Of a DNA stretch of 64,000 bases, positions 27,294 through 40,000 are shown in pieces. The notes beneath the pieces are model-generated. The model ran no database searches. It was not told where the DNA came from and saw nothing but the letters and a program-made list of their open reading frames with translations. Numbering within the stretch: position 1 is the stretch's first letter; each line of letters opens with the position of its first letter. This DNA is from Macrostomum lignano (Eukaryota), in assembly GCA_002269645.1 (NCBI GenBank), contig NIVC01001689.1, positions 185,617 to 249,616 of the forward strand, in the 5' to 3' direction. Both the position numbers and the translations under genes were made by a program.

Positions 27294-28039
27294 TTCTAAT
27301 ATCTGATTGCCGTCTCCTTCTAGCAGAAATGTCAAGAAAGGTCTCTCTGACAGAGCAAAAAAATGCTTTATGCAAGAGGTGGCAGTCCAGTTTCTTTCAC
27401 AGCGAGAGAATCAGAAGAGGGGGGAGAGAGAGAGAGAGAGAGAGATAGATAGGAAAAAAACTGGTCCTAGCAACAAGCAGCGCGGGGTACACTCTTGCTA
27501 CGAGTAGGAATGCGTTCTCACAATAAGTTGCTCAAACACTGGGTACCCACCCACCCAATCATTGGCAGAGGTCTGTCTGCACAATGCCACAGGCCCAAAG
27601 TGAGGGCTTGGAGCAGAGGGGCCCGCAGAGAGCCGCACTGCAAGTTTACAAGCATTTCCTATCTCAATAGTTTTCCTTCTCCTGCGGCTGTGTGCGTGTA
27701 TGAAAGCATATATATATACGCGCTTGATGGAAGCGCAGCGAGAGCCTGTGGGGTATTTTTGTGCTTCGAATCGGTCTGGCAAAGCCCCATTTGCCCTCAA
27801 GCATTTTGCCAAGCTGAGGTCGCTATGAGCAACGCGTGACCCTGGTCCCCTGTGCAGCCGGACTTTCCACGGCGAGGGTACACCAGGGGCCTCGGTCTCG
27901 CTTTATTCATAGCGGCTCATGTCGGCTGGTTCGACTCCCCGTCTCCCACTCGAGTTGAAAATGCAATGCGAGTTCTTTCTGAAACTGCTTTCAGGGCCTC
28001 CAGATATGCTGTTGTTAAAGTCCATTCTGTGTACGGTTT

Positions 28040-28835
28040 AGGGGCAATTCTGAAGGGGTCAGGGTCGATTCTGAGTAGGGTTTGGGGCTTTTCTGAGTAG
28101 GGTTTAGGGTCAATTCTGAGTAGGGTTTAGGGCTATTCTAAGTAGGGTTTAGGGGCGATTCTGTGTAGGGTTTAGGGCAATTCTGAAGGGGTTAGGGTCG
28201 ATTCTGAGTAGGGTTTAGGGCTTTTCTGAGTAGGGTTTAGGGTCAATTCTGAGTAGGGGTTAGGGTCGATTCTGAGTAGGGTTTAGGGCTATTCTAAGTA
28301 GGGTTTAGGGTCAATTCTGAGTAGGGGTTAGGGTCGATTCTGAGTAGGGTTTAGGGCTATTCTAAGTAGGGTTTAGGGGCGATTCTGAGTAGGGTTTAGG
28401 GCTATTCTGAGTAGGGGTTAGGGTCGATTCTGTGTAGGGTTTAGGGGCGATTCTGAGTAGGGTTTAGGGGCGATTCTGAGTAGGGTTTAGGGGCGATTCT
28501 GAGTAGGGTTTAGGGGCGATTCTGAGTAGGGTTTAGGGGCGATTCTAAGTAGGGTTTAGGGGCGATTCTGAGTAGGGTTTAGGGTCGATTCTAAGTAGGG
28601 TTTAGGGGCGATTCTGAGTAGGGTTTAGGGTCGATTCTAAGTAGGGTTTAGGGGCGATTCTGAGTAGGGTTTAGGGTCGATTCTAAGTAGGGTTTAGGGG
28701 CGATTCTGAGTAGGGTTTAGGGTCGATTCTAAGTAGGGTTTAGGGGCGATTCTGAGTAGGGTTTAGGGTGATTCTGAGTAGGGTTTATGGTCGATTCTGA
28801 GTAGAGTTTAGGGTGATTTTAAATATGGTTTAGGG
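28040..28835 (+). repeat. 23-bp minisatellite containing telomere-like GGGTTTAGGG/GGGGTTAGGG
   Basis: Unit GATTCTGAGTAGGGTTTAGGGGC, about 34 copies. Confidence 0.95.
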
Positions 28836-29724
28836 AGAATTGAGGCCGATTCGAAAATGCTAATCACGAGCTACAAAAGTACAACGCGTTTTCGTTGATA
28901 GTTTCTCCGAGCTTGCAGCCCCAGGCGCAAAAGGTGGGCAGATTTGGCATGGAGATGGCGATACCGCTCCAATGAGATACGGGTGGTGCCACAAAAAAGA
29001 AGGCAAGCTATGTGCTGTGTCTGCATGGAATACAAGCAGGGCAGGCGAATGCCTGATGCACACACTGCAGTGCTGCAGCGGCAGGGCTTGGCCCGAAATG
29101 CCTATACTATTTTGCACAATTGCAAGCCTCAATTCAAACAGCAGCCACTCAAGCAGACACCGAGTGTCTTTTTTCTATATTTCATTATCTTGATAGAGCT
29201 GTTTAGATGAACCTTCTTCTGTCTGACCGGGCCAATCTGGAGTCTTGCTTAGGGTTCATTGCTTGTTCTTGTTAAACCGAATCGTATACGAATCATAATA
29301 GCCGGTGTGCTAGGATGCAGCTTAAATAATACAAGTAGAGCTCAATGCACGCTCCCTCACTCCTACTGTCCACAGACAGGGACAGCGACGGAACATCGCC
29401 CGTCCATACACTTCCAAACGGTCCTTCGACAGCCGATTGTTAGTCTCCCCTGTCTAAATAATTAAATAAAATATGATATAAAAATGACACAGGACCAACT
29501 AGATAGTTAGCTACTCAGCAAGTTGTAAAAGCCAATACGCCGCCGCTAATTAAGTTTAAAAAAAACTGATAGATTAGGCGAAGCAATATACATGCATATA
29601 AAATCCACACAAGCATGCACACAGGTTAAGGCAGTGGCAAAGACTGCCGCAGCAGGTAAGTCACCAATACTGCAGCCCCCGCAGACTGATGAAGCCACCC
29701 GATGCTGCCATGAGGGAGTCCTCG

Positions 29725-30119
29725 CCCAGCTGTGAGACTCGGGTGGGCAACATTCATGGCAGCCTAGGGTTCGCTTGATCAACAATTATACCGACCAACC
29801 TCACCCAGCTGTGAGACTCGGGTGGGCAACATTCATGGCAGCCTAGGGTTCGCTTGATCAACAATTATACCGACTAACCTCACCCAGCTGTGAGACTCGG
29901 GTGGGCAACATTCATGGCAGCCTAGGGTTCGCTTGATCAACAATTATACCGACCAACCTCACCCAGCTGTGAGACTCGGGTGGGCAACATTCATGGCAGC
30001 CTAGGGTTCGCTTGTTCAACAATTATACCGACCAACCTCACCCAGCTGTGAGACTCGGGTGGGCAACATTCATGGCAGCCTAGGGTTCGCTTGTTCAACA
30101 ATTATACCGACCAACCTCA
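29725..30119 (+). repeat. Five near-identical tandem copies of a 79-bp unit
   Basis: Units start at 29725, 29804, 29883, 29962 and 30041 (CCCAGCTGTGAGACTCGGGTGGGC...ACCAACCTCA); only isolated substitutions (GATC/GTTC, CCAAC/CTAAC). Confidence 0.96.
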
Positions 30120-30886
30120 CCCGGTGTGCATGCGACGCCGCTGGTTGGAATGGAGGAGCTGAAGTTGTGAGCCTTACCAGTGTGAGACAGAGAGGAAGGA
30201 GCTAGAAGTAGACAGCGAGAGAGAGAGAGAGTGAGAAGTAGAAAGGGGGTGAGAAATTGACAGGATAAAAGAGGGTGAGAAGTGATTGAGAAGTAGATAC
30301 AGAGAGAGAAGTAGAAAGGAGAAGGATGAGAAGTAGGCATTAACAGATGAGAAGAATGAAAAGTATACAGAGAGGAGTAAGAATTGTAGACAATGAGAGG
30401 GATGAGAAGTAGACAGGGAAGGGACAAGAAGTAGACTACCAGTAGACTGAAAGCACTCGTAAATTAGGCCTTCTAGAGAAGTATACAGTACAGCATGTAC
30501 TTTCTCACCATACTTATTTGCTATCTGCTGAATAAAAAATTCTCTTCTAGAAAAAACTCATTGGCACAGAAAATATTGAACTTTTAATGTTTCATTGAAA
30601 CACAATCGAATGCCTTTTTCATGCTACTGACAGTAGCAAAATTAGGCTATTATATAGGAAAGCTACCGTTATTTAAATAAAGAAAAAAACCAAAGCACAA
30701 AACGTGTATGTAGGCGTTTAAATATACGCTAGAAATTCGATTAAAACAAGACTAACTCGGATGTATTTAAGAAACGGCCTGGAACTACATCTACAATGGC
30801 AGATACTGGATGAGCAAATCATTATGCTACTAATAAAATAAAATACGTGGCTAACAGAGTCGATGCTCAGTGCAGACCCGCACAGC

Positions 30887-32408
30887 CTACAGGTGCTTAA
30901 TGTGTTTCCCGGTGGCGATCAGCTTGCCGGACTCTTTGTCCCGGAATTCGCTGGTCAGGAAGGCCATCGACTTGCCCAGCTTGACAATCTCGGAGTGGAT
31001 GAGCAGCGTGCTGCCCACGGCCGCCGGTCGCATGTACCTGCGCCAAAGAAAATTGGAATGCAGCTGCTTTTAAGATCTGTAAAAAAGAAGTAGATAGGTA
31101 AGGAGAGAAGTAGACAGGAAAGGGAAGTAGATACGAGGTAGAAAAAAGCGAGGGATTATAGAGAAGGAGGTAGAGAGGTAGATAGGGTGAGCGAGAAGCA
31201 GATAGGGACAGCGAGAAGTAGATAATGACAGCGAGATGTAGATAGGGACAGCGAGAAGTAGATAGGGAAAGTGAGAAGTAAATAGGGACAGCGAGAAGTA
31301 GATAGGGAAAGCGAGAAGTACTCGTAGATAGGGAGAGTGAGAAGTGGATAGGGAGAGTGAGAAGTAGATAGGGAGAGTGAGAAGAAGATAATGACAGCGA
31401 GAAGTAGATAGGGAAAGTGAGAAGTAAATATGGAGAATGAGAAGTAGATGGAGAGCGGGAAGTAAATAGGGAGGGTGAGAAGTAGATAGAGAGTGAGAAG
31501 TAGATAGGGAGAGTGAGAAGTAGATAGGGAGAGTGAGAAGTAGATAGAGAGTGAGAATTAGATAGGGAGAGTGAGAAGTAGATAGAGAGTGAGAATTAGA
31601 TAGGGAGAGTGAGAAGTAGATAGAGAGTGAGAATTAGATAGGGAGAGTGAGAAGTAGATAGAGAGTGAGAATTAGATAGGGAGAGTGAGAAGTAGATAGA
31701 GAGTGAGAATTAGATAGGGAGAGTGAGAAGTAGATAGAGAGTGAGAATTAGATAGGGAGAGTGAGAAGTAGATAGAGAGTGAGAATTAGATAGGGAGAGT
31801 GAGAAGTAGATAGAGAGTGAGAATTAGATAGGGAGAGTGAGAAGTAGATAGAGAGTGAGAATTAGATAGGGAGAGTGAGAAGTAGAAAGAGAGTGAGAAT
31901 TAGATAGGGAGAGCCAGTCCGGCAGTCGGGTGTTTGGCATGCATGCACTCCCACACTCAGTCACCAGGCGGACACACAAAACAGAGTACAGACTTTGGCC
32001 CATACTCACGAGACAGACAGCTCCACAGATACGCCAGGTGGAGAGTCGTTAGCAACCAGTGCCATGGTTGTCATGGTATCAACCAGAGAAGCAGTCAGGC
32101 CACCATGCAGAGTGCCATATGTGTTGGCATGCTCAGTGTCAATGGCCAGCTCTACTGTGCATGTATTCTTGGTACAGGCAACAGGAACTGCCTTGCAACA
32201 AAAGGAAAATGACATCAGTAAATTATTACTTTTAGAATGGTATATATGCTTGCAAAACTGAAAAATAAAACTACAATTGGGTAAATAATAAAACCAAAAT
32301 TTCAAACAATGCTACCTTGGCCATAACTCGATTGAAATCAGTTGTTTTGCAGAACTTTTGTAGGTACTGGCCTAACTTTGCAAGCTGCTTTGCAGAATTG
32401 GCAGTCAT
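30887..32408 (-). CDS. ACOT13: Acyl-CoA thioesterase 13 (hotdog fold), 141 aa
   Basis: Exons 32408-32316 (MTANSAKQ...DFNRVMAK), 32191-32010 (…HANTYGTLHGGLTASLVD…GVSVELSV) and 31037-30887 (YMRPAAVG…GKLIATGKHIKHL*). All junctions are GT-AG and total 426 nt. HGG motif and catalytic Asp present; intron phases match the vertebrate gene as I recall it. Confidence 0.95.
31100..31910 (+). repeat. AG-rich minisatellite (distal 38-bp unit TAGATAGAGAGTGAGAATTAGATAGGGAGAGTGAGAAG) in ACOT13 intron 2
   Basis: Read directly; a similar degenerate tract lies at about 30185-30440. Confidence 0.9.
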
Positions 32409-34300
32409 TTTGCTGAAATATTTGTTTATAGACATTAATCAACAAAATAAAAAAACTTTGTTATGTAGACAACGTAAAAATATTGATAAAGATAATATCA
32501 AACAAAGGATTACCTTGGCTATAGAATATGGCCTAGTAAATTGCTTGAAGCCATACAAGCTATGTCATTAAGAATTACAATTTCAAAATTTTAAGTTAAT
32601 ATAGAAAATTATTTAATATAATTTACCTACATTAGTCTTATATTTTCATTTCTAGATAAGATCACTACATCAATAGAATTCAGTAAAGCATTTAAAAATT
32701 AGAAAGGCTGGGGCTAATAGCAAACTAACTATTGATAGCAATCAATATACAAAACAAAGTTCCTAGTCAATAAAGACACTAGACAATAATTAAATAATTA
32801 TGTAATCATTCAGATATTAACAGTAAGACATTTGCAAAAAATACTTTAACACAGATTTAAAATAATTAATTTAGTAATAAATTATGCTACAGAAGGTTTT
32901 TAAATTACTAAAACAGTAACTGATCAGTATTCATTAATAATATCCTAGCTAGCTTCTTATACATAAAAATAAAAAACGCTTTAACATTGTCACGCTGTGG
33001 CTGTCAACTCAGCAGCTGAAAATTGACATTGATTCGAGAAGCTTTGAATCTGTACACGACTCGGTGCGAAAAAAGTATTTAGAGTAGAAATTAATAAATT
33101 TATTGAAAATAATAAATTTTCAGCGATGTGTATTTAGATAACTAGAGACCTGTCATAAAACTACGCAAGGTTTTATTTTTTATTAAAATTAACTACACAA
33201 ACACCATATTTTTAAAGTTATAGAAAGTTATCGTGGGCCCCCCCCCCGCGATCGAAAGCCGAAGCCGAAACGCTAAAAGCTAAAATTTACTACCGCAACC
33301 GAGAGCTCGCGTTACATTAACTGGTTTATTCTATTTACTTCATTTCCTATTTTAGTTACTGTTAAAATTGCATATAAATAAATAAATAGACCTTACTTGT
33401 ATACTTACTTTTATTTTTAAGAATTTTCTAATACTAATTGACATTAGTGTAATGGCTTTGCCTTGTGCATGTGTAATGCATTTGCAACGATGTGATGCTA
33501 TAATACACATGTAAAAGTAAAAGTTTAAAAGGTTAACATCCACCAATAGTAATCTTAATTATTGAAGATATGCAATTTTTATAAGTTCATTTGATAAATA
33601 GATATAGCTACAATAATAGTAATAACTTTTTGCAGTGGATTTAGTGAAGCTAATATATGCATTTTGTAACAATTTTATTTATTATACTTATAGAATTGTA
33701 CAATAGTCATAGAATAGATTAGCTGATAATTATGATAAGATAATAAGATCAGTATAAGTCTGCAGCAATTAATTTACAAATTCACAAAAATATAAAGTAA
33801 TTCTTGTGGCTTTAAAAGCCATACATTTAAATTTGCATACCTTTTAAAATATTTTTTTTATTTGTATCTACTATTGTTTTTAGTTTTTCAAATACCTCAA
33901 ATGTTGTTATATTTAGTCTTGACTCTTAGTTTTCTAACATTATTTTGAAACAGCCTTGAAAAAGTATGATAAAATCTTTGTATCTGCTAGATTTTCTATA
34001 AAAATAATCCACTTATAGAATAAGATAAGATATAGAATAAGACTACAGTCACTCAGATGTTTTATTTTAAGTGCATGGTAGTTTAACTACTTTAATTCAT
34101 TCTTAGAGTAAGTTATTAATCATAAGATACTTATTTTTTGCTTTATCATAGAAATCATAGAAAATTCTATTAAAAGCTCCTCTAGATATTATTTTCTGAA
34201 TGCTGAAGCTTAGCTGAAACAGAATGTGATTTAGTTTGAATTAATTTGATTCAGCATTCGGCTGCCTCACAAACACCTCAACCATTCCCATCTTTTTTGC

Positions 34301-36006
34301 ATGGCGTCTGGAGTGAAAATTCTCGATGAAGTGCTGCAGGCCTTCAATGAGTTGAAGACGCGGCACACGAGCCGCTACCTGCTGCTCGGCCTGGTGAACA
34401 GCGACCGCGAAATTGGCGTTCTGAAGAAGGCGCCGTTGACGGCACCATATGAGGAGTTCCTGGCGGATTTGAAGGCCTATCAAGACCAGGGCCGGGGAGT
34501 GTACGGAGTGTACGATATCGAGTATGAGCTGGAGTCGAAACAGAAGCGGAACAAGCTGGTCTTTGTGAGCTGGTGAGTAACTGAAATGCGTTTGTGTACT
34601 ACAGTCACTCAGGTGGGTTACTACAGTCACTCAGGTGGGTTACTACAGTCACTCAGGTGTGTTACTACAGTCAATCAGGTGTGTTACTACAATCACTCAG
34701 GTGTGTTACTACAGTCACTCAGGTGTGTTACTACAGTCACTCAGGTGTGTTACTACAGTCACTCAGGTGGGTTACTACAATCACTCAGGTGTGTTACTAC
34801 AGTCACTCAGATGTGTTACTACAGTCACTCAGGTGTGTTACTACAGTCACTCAGGTGTGTTACTACAGTCACTCAGGTGGGTTACTACAGTCACTCAGGT
34901 GTGTTACTACAGTCACTCAGGTGGGTTACTACAGTCACTCAGGTGTGTTACTACAGTCACTCAGGTGGGTTACTACAGTCACTCAGGTGTGTTACTACAG
35001 TCACTCAGGTGTGTTACTACAGTCACTCAGATGTGTTACTACAGTCACTCAGGTGTGTTACTACAGTCACTCAGGTGTGTTACTACAGTCACTCAGGTGT
35101 GTTACTACAGTCACTCAGGTGTGTTACTACAGTCACTCAGGTGTGTTACTACAGCCACTCAAGTGTGTTACTACAGCCACCAAGGTATTTAAACAACTCG
35201 ACTTATGGTTGTAAAGTTCCACAGAAATACATATCTGCTGTACTACAGGCACTGAGGGTGTGTACACAGGTACAAATATATGTACTTTAGTTGCTTTATT
35301 AGTAATTTATTTGGGGTATATAAGTATTTGTTTACTTCCGGGTACTACCAAGCCTATAAAACTATAAATATCTGTGCATAACGAGTCAAGAAGTTGAACC
35401 TACCGTACAGTGGAACCTCCACAGCTAGCATTAGTACTGAGCTAAAGGAACCACAGAGGCAAAGCAACTTAGCCGCGTTTATTTTGGGTCTGTGAGCACG
35501 AAAATTGGCCGGCGGGTTGTTGTGCGTTTCACACCTATGCCTAGCAACAAAAAAGTCCGGGCCGCTGTACACCCTTTTCATCAGAGGCAGGGGGCTGTGT
35601 GCACCCTGGTGCACTTCAAGCGACATTGTCACACAACCGTCGAGAGGCATTACTGCCCATTCCGCCCACTCCCCTTAGCAGGCAGGCACAGGCACACACT
35701 CACACAGGAGTGTAGCAGCGGCCCTAACTTTATTTATCGTTAGTAGGCATGTACACTTCACTGTGCCTTGGTCAAGGCCGTTAATTGCACGAGCAGAGCC
35801 AAGCCGAGATTCCCACACCCGACCGGCATTGCAGGGGCCCGGACAACCTGCCGATCCGGCAGCGGATGCTCATCGCCTCCTCCAAGAACGATCTGCGTCG
35901 CAAGCTGCAGGGAGTCCACAAGGAGATGCAGGCCAGCGAGCTAGGCGAGATCACCGAGGACTGCATGATCGAGGTGTGCAGGCAGGGCGACCTGGGCTCC
36001 AACTGA
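34301..36006 (+). CDS. CFL: Actin-depolymerising factor / cofilin, 147 aa
   Basis: Exons 34301-34572 and 35835-36006, intron GTGAGT...TTGCAG, join TG|G (W). Motifs MASG (Ser3), YGVYD, NKLVFVSW-PD, RMLIASSK and LQGVHKEMQA. AATAAA at 36240-36245. Confidence 0.93.
34592..35180 (+). repeat. 22-bp minisatellite TTACTACAGTCACTCAGGTGTG in the cofilin intron
   Basis: About 27 copies starting about 20 nt after the donor. Confidence 0.97.
35557..35726. mobile_element. Putative degenerate hAT-like MITE
   Basis: Imperfect inverted termini GGGCCGCTG-TACAC (35559) and GTGTAGCAGCGGCCC (35710-35724). An exact 16-bp inverted copy of the left end occurs at 38137-38152. No TSD found. Confidence 0.35.
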
Positions 36007-37062
36007 CCTTGGAGAGCTTGGACTTTGTAGCTAAGCGGCCCTCGAATTGAACTGGCGAGATAGAAAGTTTCCTGCTCAATTTCCTGGTCCTTGCATATGA
36101 AATTGAGGCTGTAGGCAAAAAAGTGTGACAGTAAAATACAGAACGGATTATCTAGATGTAGTTCGAAAAGCACAGAAAAGTTCCCATCTCGCCGAGTTTT
36201 GACTTCCTAAATTTGAGAAGGGATGACTCCTTTTATTAAAATAAATGCGTCCTTGAGACTGAGAGTCCTTGTTAATGATTTCTATACTTTTGTGTGCATG
36301 GCGTTTCTGCAAACTGCTCTAGTGTCACGTGATGCTGTTTGAAACTATTGATAAAGGTTACATTGATCACGCGACCAACGCGTGCGCTTGCCGTTCAAGG
36401 TCGAACAAACTTACAATAGCTAGCTATATAGAGTAAAAGTCACGCATGTACTTTTTAAATTTTGCTGTGTGCTTCGCTTTGAAAATTTTCTGATAATAAC
36501 CACTGTGGCCTTACAATTCACACCCGATGTCAGTTTTATGAGCTATAATTTTTACTGTCAATCGATTACTTATCTAGTCGGTGGCCAAGATTTTTTGCCG
36601 CCTAATCTATTTAACCTCAAGCTCTGTTCAGTATTATCTGCATGCACCGACTATGCCTTTGATAGTAGTCTGTTTAGACTGATTTTCATTTTCATTTCTT
36701 CTCAAAGTTTTTTCTTCACTGCAGCATGTTTTGCTTTTGTTTTTGTTTTACTGATAGTAGACTGCTGACAGCTTACTAATTAGCTTAATGAATATACACC
36801 AGTCAATCAACTTTTAGACACAATTGAAGTCACAAATCAAGTCTAATTAAATCTGCTTGGAATTTGTTTTCAACGTATTTGCAACTTTGAGTTGTGAAAT
36901 TGTTTAAGTTTATTCTATGTATTTGTTAATTTTTACTCTTTAGCACATTCCGAGTTCAATAAGTCAATAGGTACATTTTACAGGCATTATTCACACCTTA
37001 GGATGTAAGTAGATATTCATCAGAAGTCATCTGCTCTCTTTGTCAAGTAGACTCCGGAGCCA

Positions 37063-40000
37063 TCAGATGATTGGCAATTTGCGTGTCGGTATGTCCAGGA
37101 CTACATCCATGTCCGGGGTGCACCTGGGTGAGGTGTGTGAGAACTGCTGTATAATGTAGGCTCAGACCTGAGAATCTGTTGAACTGGGTTTGTGCTGACT
37201 CCGTCACCAACCTCACTCCGTCACCAACCTCACTCCGTCACCAACCTCACTCCGTCACCAACCTCACTCCGTCACCAACCTCACTCCGTCACCAACCTCA
37301 CTCCGTCACCAACCTCACTCCGTCACCAACCTCACTCCGTCACCAACCTCACTCCGTCACCAACCTCACTCCGTCACCAACCTCACTCCGTCACCAACCT
37401 CACTCCGTCACCAACCTCACTCCGTCACCAACCTCACTCCGTCACCAACCTTACTCCGTCACCAACCTCACTCCGTCACCAACCTCACTCCGTCACCAAC
37501 CTCACTCCGTCACCAACCTCACTCCGTCACCAACCTCACTCCATCACCAACCTCACTCCGTCACCAACCTCACTCCGTCACCAACATCACTCCGTCACCA
37601 ACATTACTCCGTCACCAACCTCACTCCGTCATCAACCTCACTCCGTCACCAACATCATTCCGTCACCAACATTACTCCGTCACCAACCTCACTCCGTCAC
37701 CAACATTACTCCGTCACCAACCTCACTCCGTCACCAACCTCACTCCGTCACCAACCTCACTCCGTCACCATCTTCGAGCCACACACTGTTCCATGCCTTC
37801 AGCCCGCCCAGCAACCCCAGGTGGCTGAGTGACTCACTTCTCCTGCCTCCTGAAAATCTGCGGGAACATGCTGCTGGGCACGGCCGCCTCGGGGTCCCGT
37901 CTCAACGCATCGTTGGCCGCTTCCAGGGAGCGAATCTCGGCGCGAAGGCGGCAGTTGAGGTCGCGATGGAACTCGATATCTTGAGCGAGTTTCCTGTTCT
38001 CATCAGCCATGCCGACTATGGAGGGGTGCAGCTCCGAGACGGCTTTCTGTGGAGTATCGGGGCCGTTATGACTGGGTGGTGAACTAGGGCGACAGGCGGC
38101 CAGCGACCCAGAGAAGAGGCAAGCAGTCAGACACACGGGTGTACAGCGGCCCTGACCCTTTAACTGGTAGAAGATGTACACTCTGAGCCTCGGGGTTGCC
38201 CTCATGTGCGAAAATTGAACAAGGTCCCGCCCCCTTTTACATGTTGCTAGGTTTCAAGTGAAATGAATTCGAGTACTGCCACAACTCCAGACTCTGTCCG
38301 CCTCAATCCTCTACCCCCCTCACTCCTCTACACCCCTCACTACTCTACCCCCCTCAATCCTCTGTCCACCTCACTTCCCTGTCTACCTCACTCCTCGATT
38401 TGTCCACCTCACTCTTCGATATGTACACTTCACTCCCCTGTCCACCTCACTCTTCGATATGTACACTTCACTCCCCTGTCCACCTCACTCTTCGATATGT
38501 ACACTTCACTCCCCTGTCCACCTCACTCCCCTGTCCACCTCACTCCCCTGTCCACCTCACTCCTCTGTCCACCTCACTCTTCGATATGTACACTTCACTC
38601 CGCTGTCCACATCACTCCCCTGTCCACCTCACTCCCTGTCCACCTCACTCCCCTGTCCACCTCACTCCCCTGTCCACCTCACTCCCCTGTCCACCTCACT
38701 CCCCTGTCCACCTCACTCCCCTGTCCACCTCACTCCTCTGTCCACCTCACTCCTCTGTCCACCTCACTCCTCTGTCCACCTCACTCCCCTGTCCACCTCA
38801 CTCCCCTGTCCACCTCACTCCTCTGTCCACCTCACTCCTCTGTCCACCTCACTCCTCTGTCCACCTCACTCCCCTGTCCACCTCACTCCTCTGTCCACCT
38901 CACTCTTCGATATGTACACTTCACTCCCCTGTCCACCTCACTCCCCTGTCCACCTCACTCCCTGTCCACCTCACTCCCCTGTCCACCTCACTCCCCTGTC
39001 CACCTCACTCCCCTGTCCACCTCACTCCCCTGTCCACCTCACTCCCCTGTCCACCTCACTCCCCTGTCAACCTCACTCCCCTGTCCACCTCACTCCTCTG
39101 TCCACCTCACTCCTCTGTCCACCTCACTCCTCTGTCCACCTCACTCCTCTGTCCACCTCACTCCTCTGTCCACCTCACTCCTCTGTCCACCTCACTCCTC
39201 TGTCCACCTCACTCCTCTGTCCACCTCACTCCTCTGTCCACCTCACTCCTCTGTCCACCTCACTCTTCGATATGTACACTTCACTCTTCGATATGTACAC
39301 TTCACTCCACTGTCCACTTCCCCGCTGACTGCTGTCCACCTCACTCCTCTACCCATCTCACTTATCCACCACCTCCCTCCCTCTACGAGCTCTTAGTTCC
39401 CTAATGTCCTTCCCATTCCCATCCTGAATGTGACCAATGCAAACTTGTGAATAAAAGTTTGCGCACAGCACCCGCCCGGACAAACCTTGGCCACGCCAGC
39501 CCTCATGGCCTCCAAAGACTGCGAGTCCTGCCCCATCAGCTTCCTCTGCTCGGCCTGAATCACCTCGAGCAGCCGTTCCTCCTCTTCCTGTGGGATAAAT
39601 TTATTAAATTACAAGTTAATTGTATGATATAGCTACATGAAGTTGAGATATTGCAAATCATAAATCATAAATAAATAGATAGTTAAAATGCAGAGTGACA
39701 GACTTGCAAAGTGTACAATATAGTAAAGATTTTTGTGATTTTATTGCAGGGTTGCGATAGTAAATAAATCGTACGGGTTGTACAGCAGATTAACATTCAA
39801 TAATATTTGAGCTTTTATGCTGCAACCATGCTGGATACGATTGGTTTCGTCATGCCAGTTACAGTTGGTCAGAAACAATTTGAATGTCGGTGAGAAGCCA
39901 GCGATTAGCTGAAACGCCCATGCATTGGCATAAACACATGAATATCTACTTCAGTACAATAAACTCACTCCCTCATCACAAATAAATACACTCCCTCATC

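Noticed and set aside
27886-27947. tRNA/SINE-like B box GGTTCGACTCC (27928-27938)
   Set aside because: No A box, T-stem does not pair, and no cloverleaf can be built.
28990-29120. Cys-rich fragment (CCVC...HCSA...GPKC across frames) reminiscent of a piggyBac C-terminal domain
   Set aside because: Requires a frameshift and several substitutions; no transposase core or TTAA termini seen.
29686-29692. Hammerhead core CTGATGA (also CTGATGAGTCC at 63515-63525)
   Set aside because: No GAAA partner or stems I-III; the second lies inside the capsid ORF.
29725-30119. CRISPR-like array
   Set aside because: Units are full tandem copies with no unique spacers; eukaryotic context with no cas genes.
17032-32408. 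Polycistronic trans-spliced operon of four co-oriented minus-strand genes
   Set aside because: Intergenic gaps of about 1.8-3.6 kb filled with repeats and promoter-like motifs are much longer than typical operon spacers.
35406-35419. TA-CAGTGGAACCTC, a Tc1/pogo-type terminus
   Set aside because: No matching inverted end nearby.
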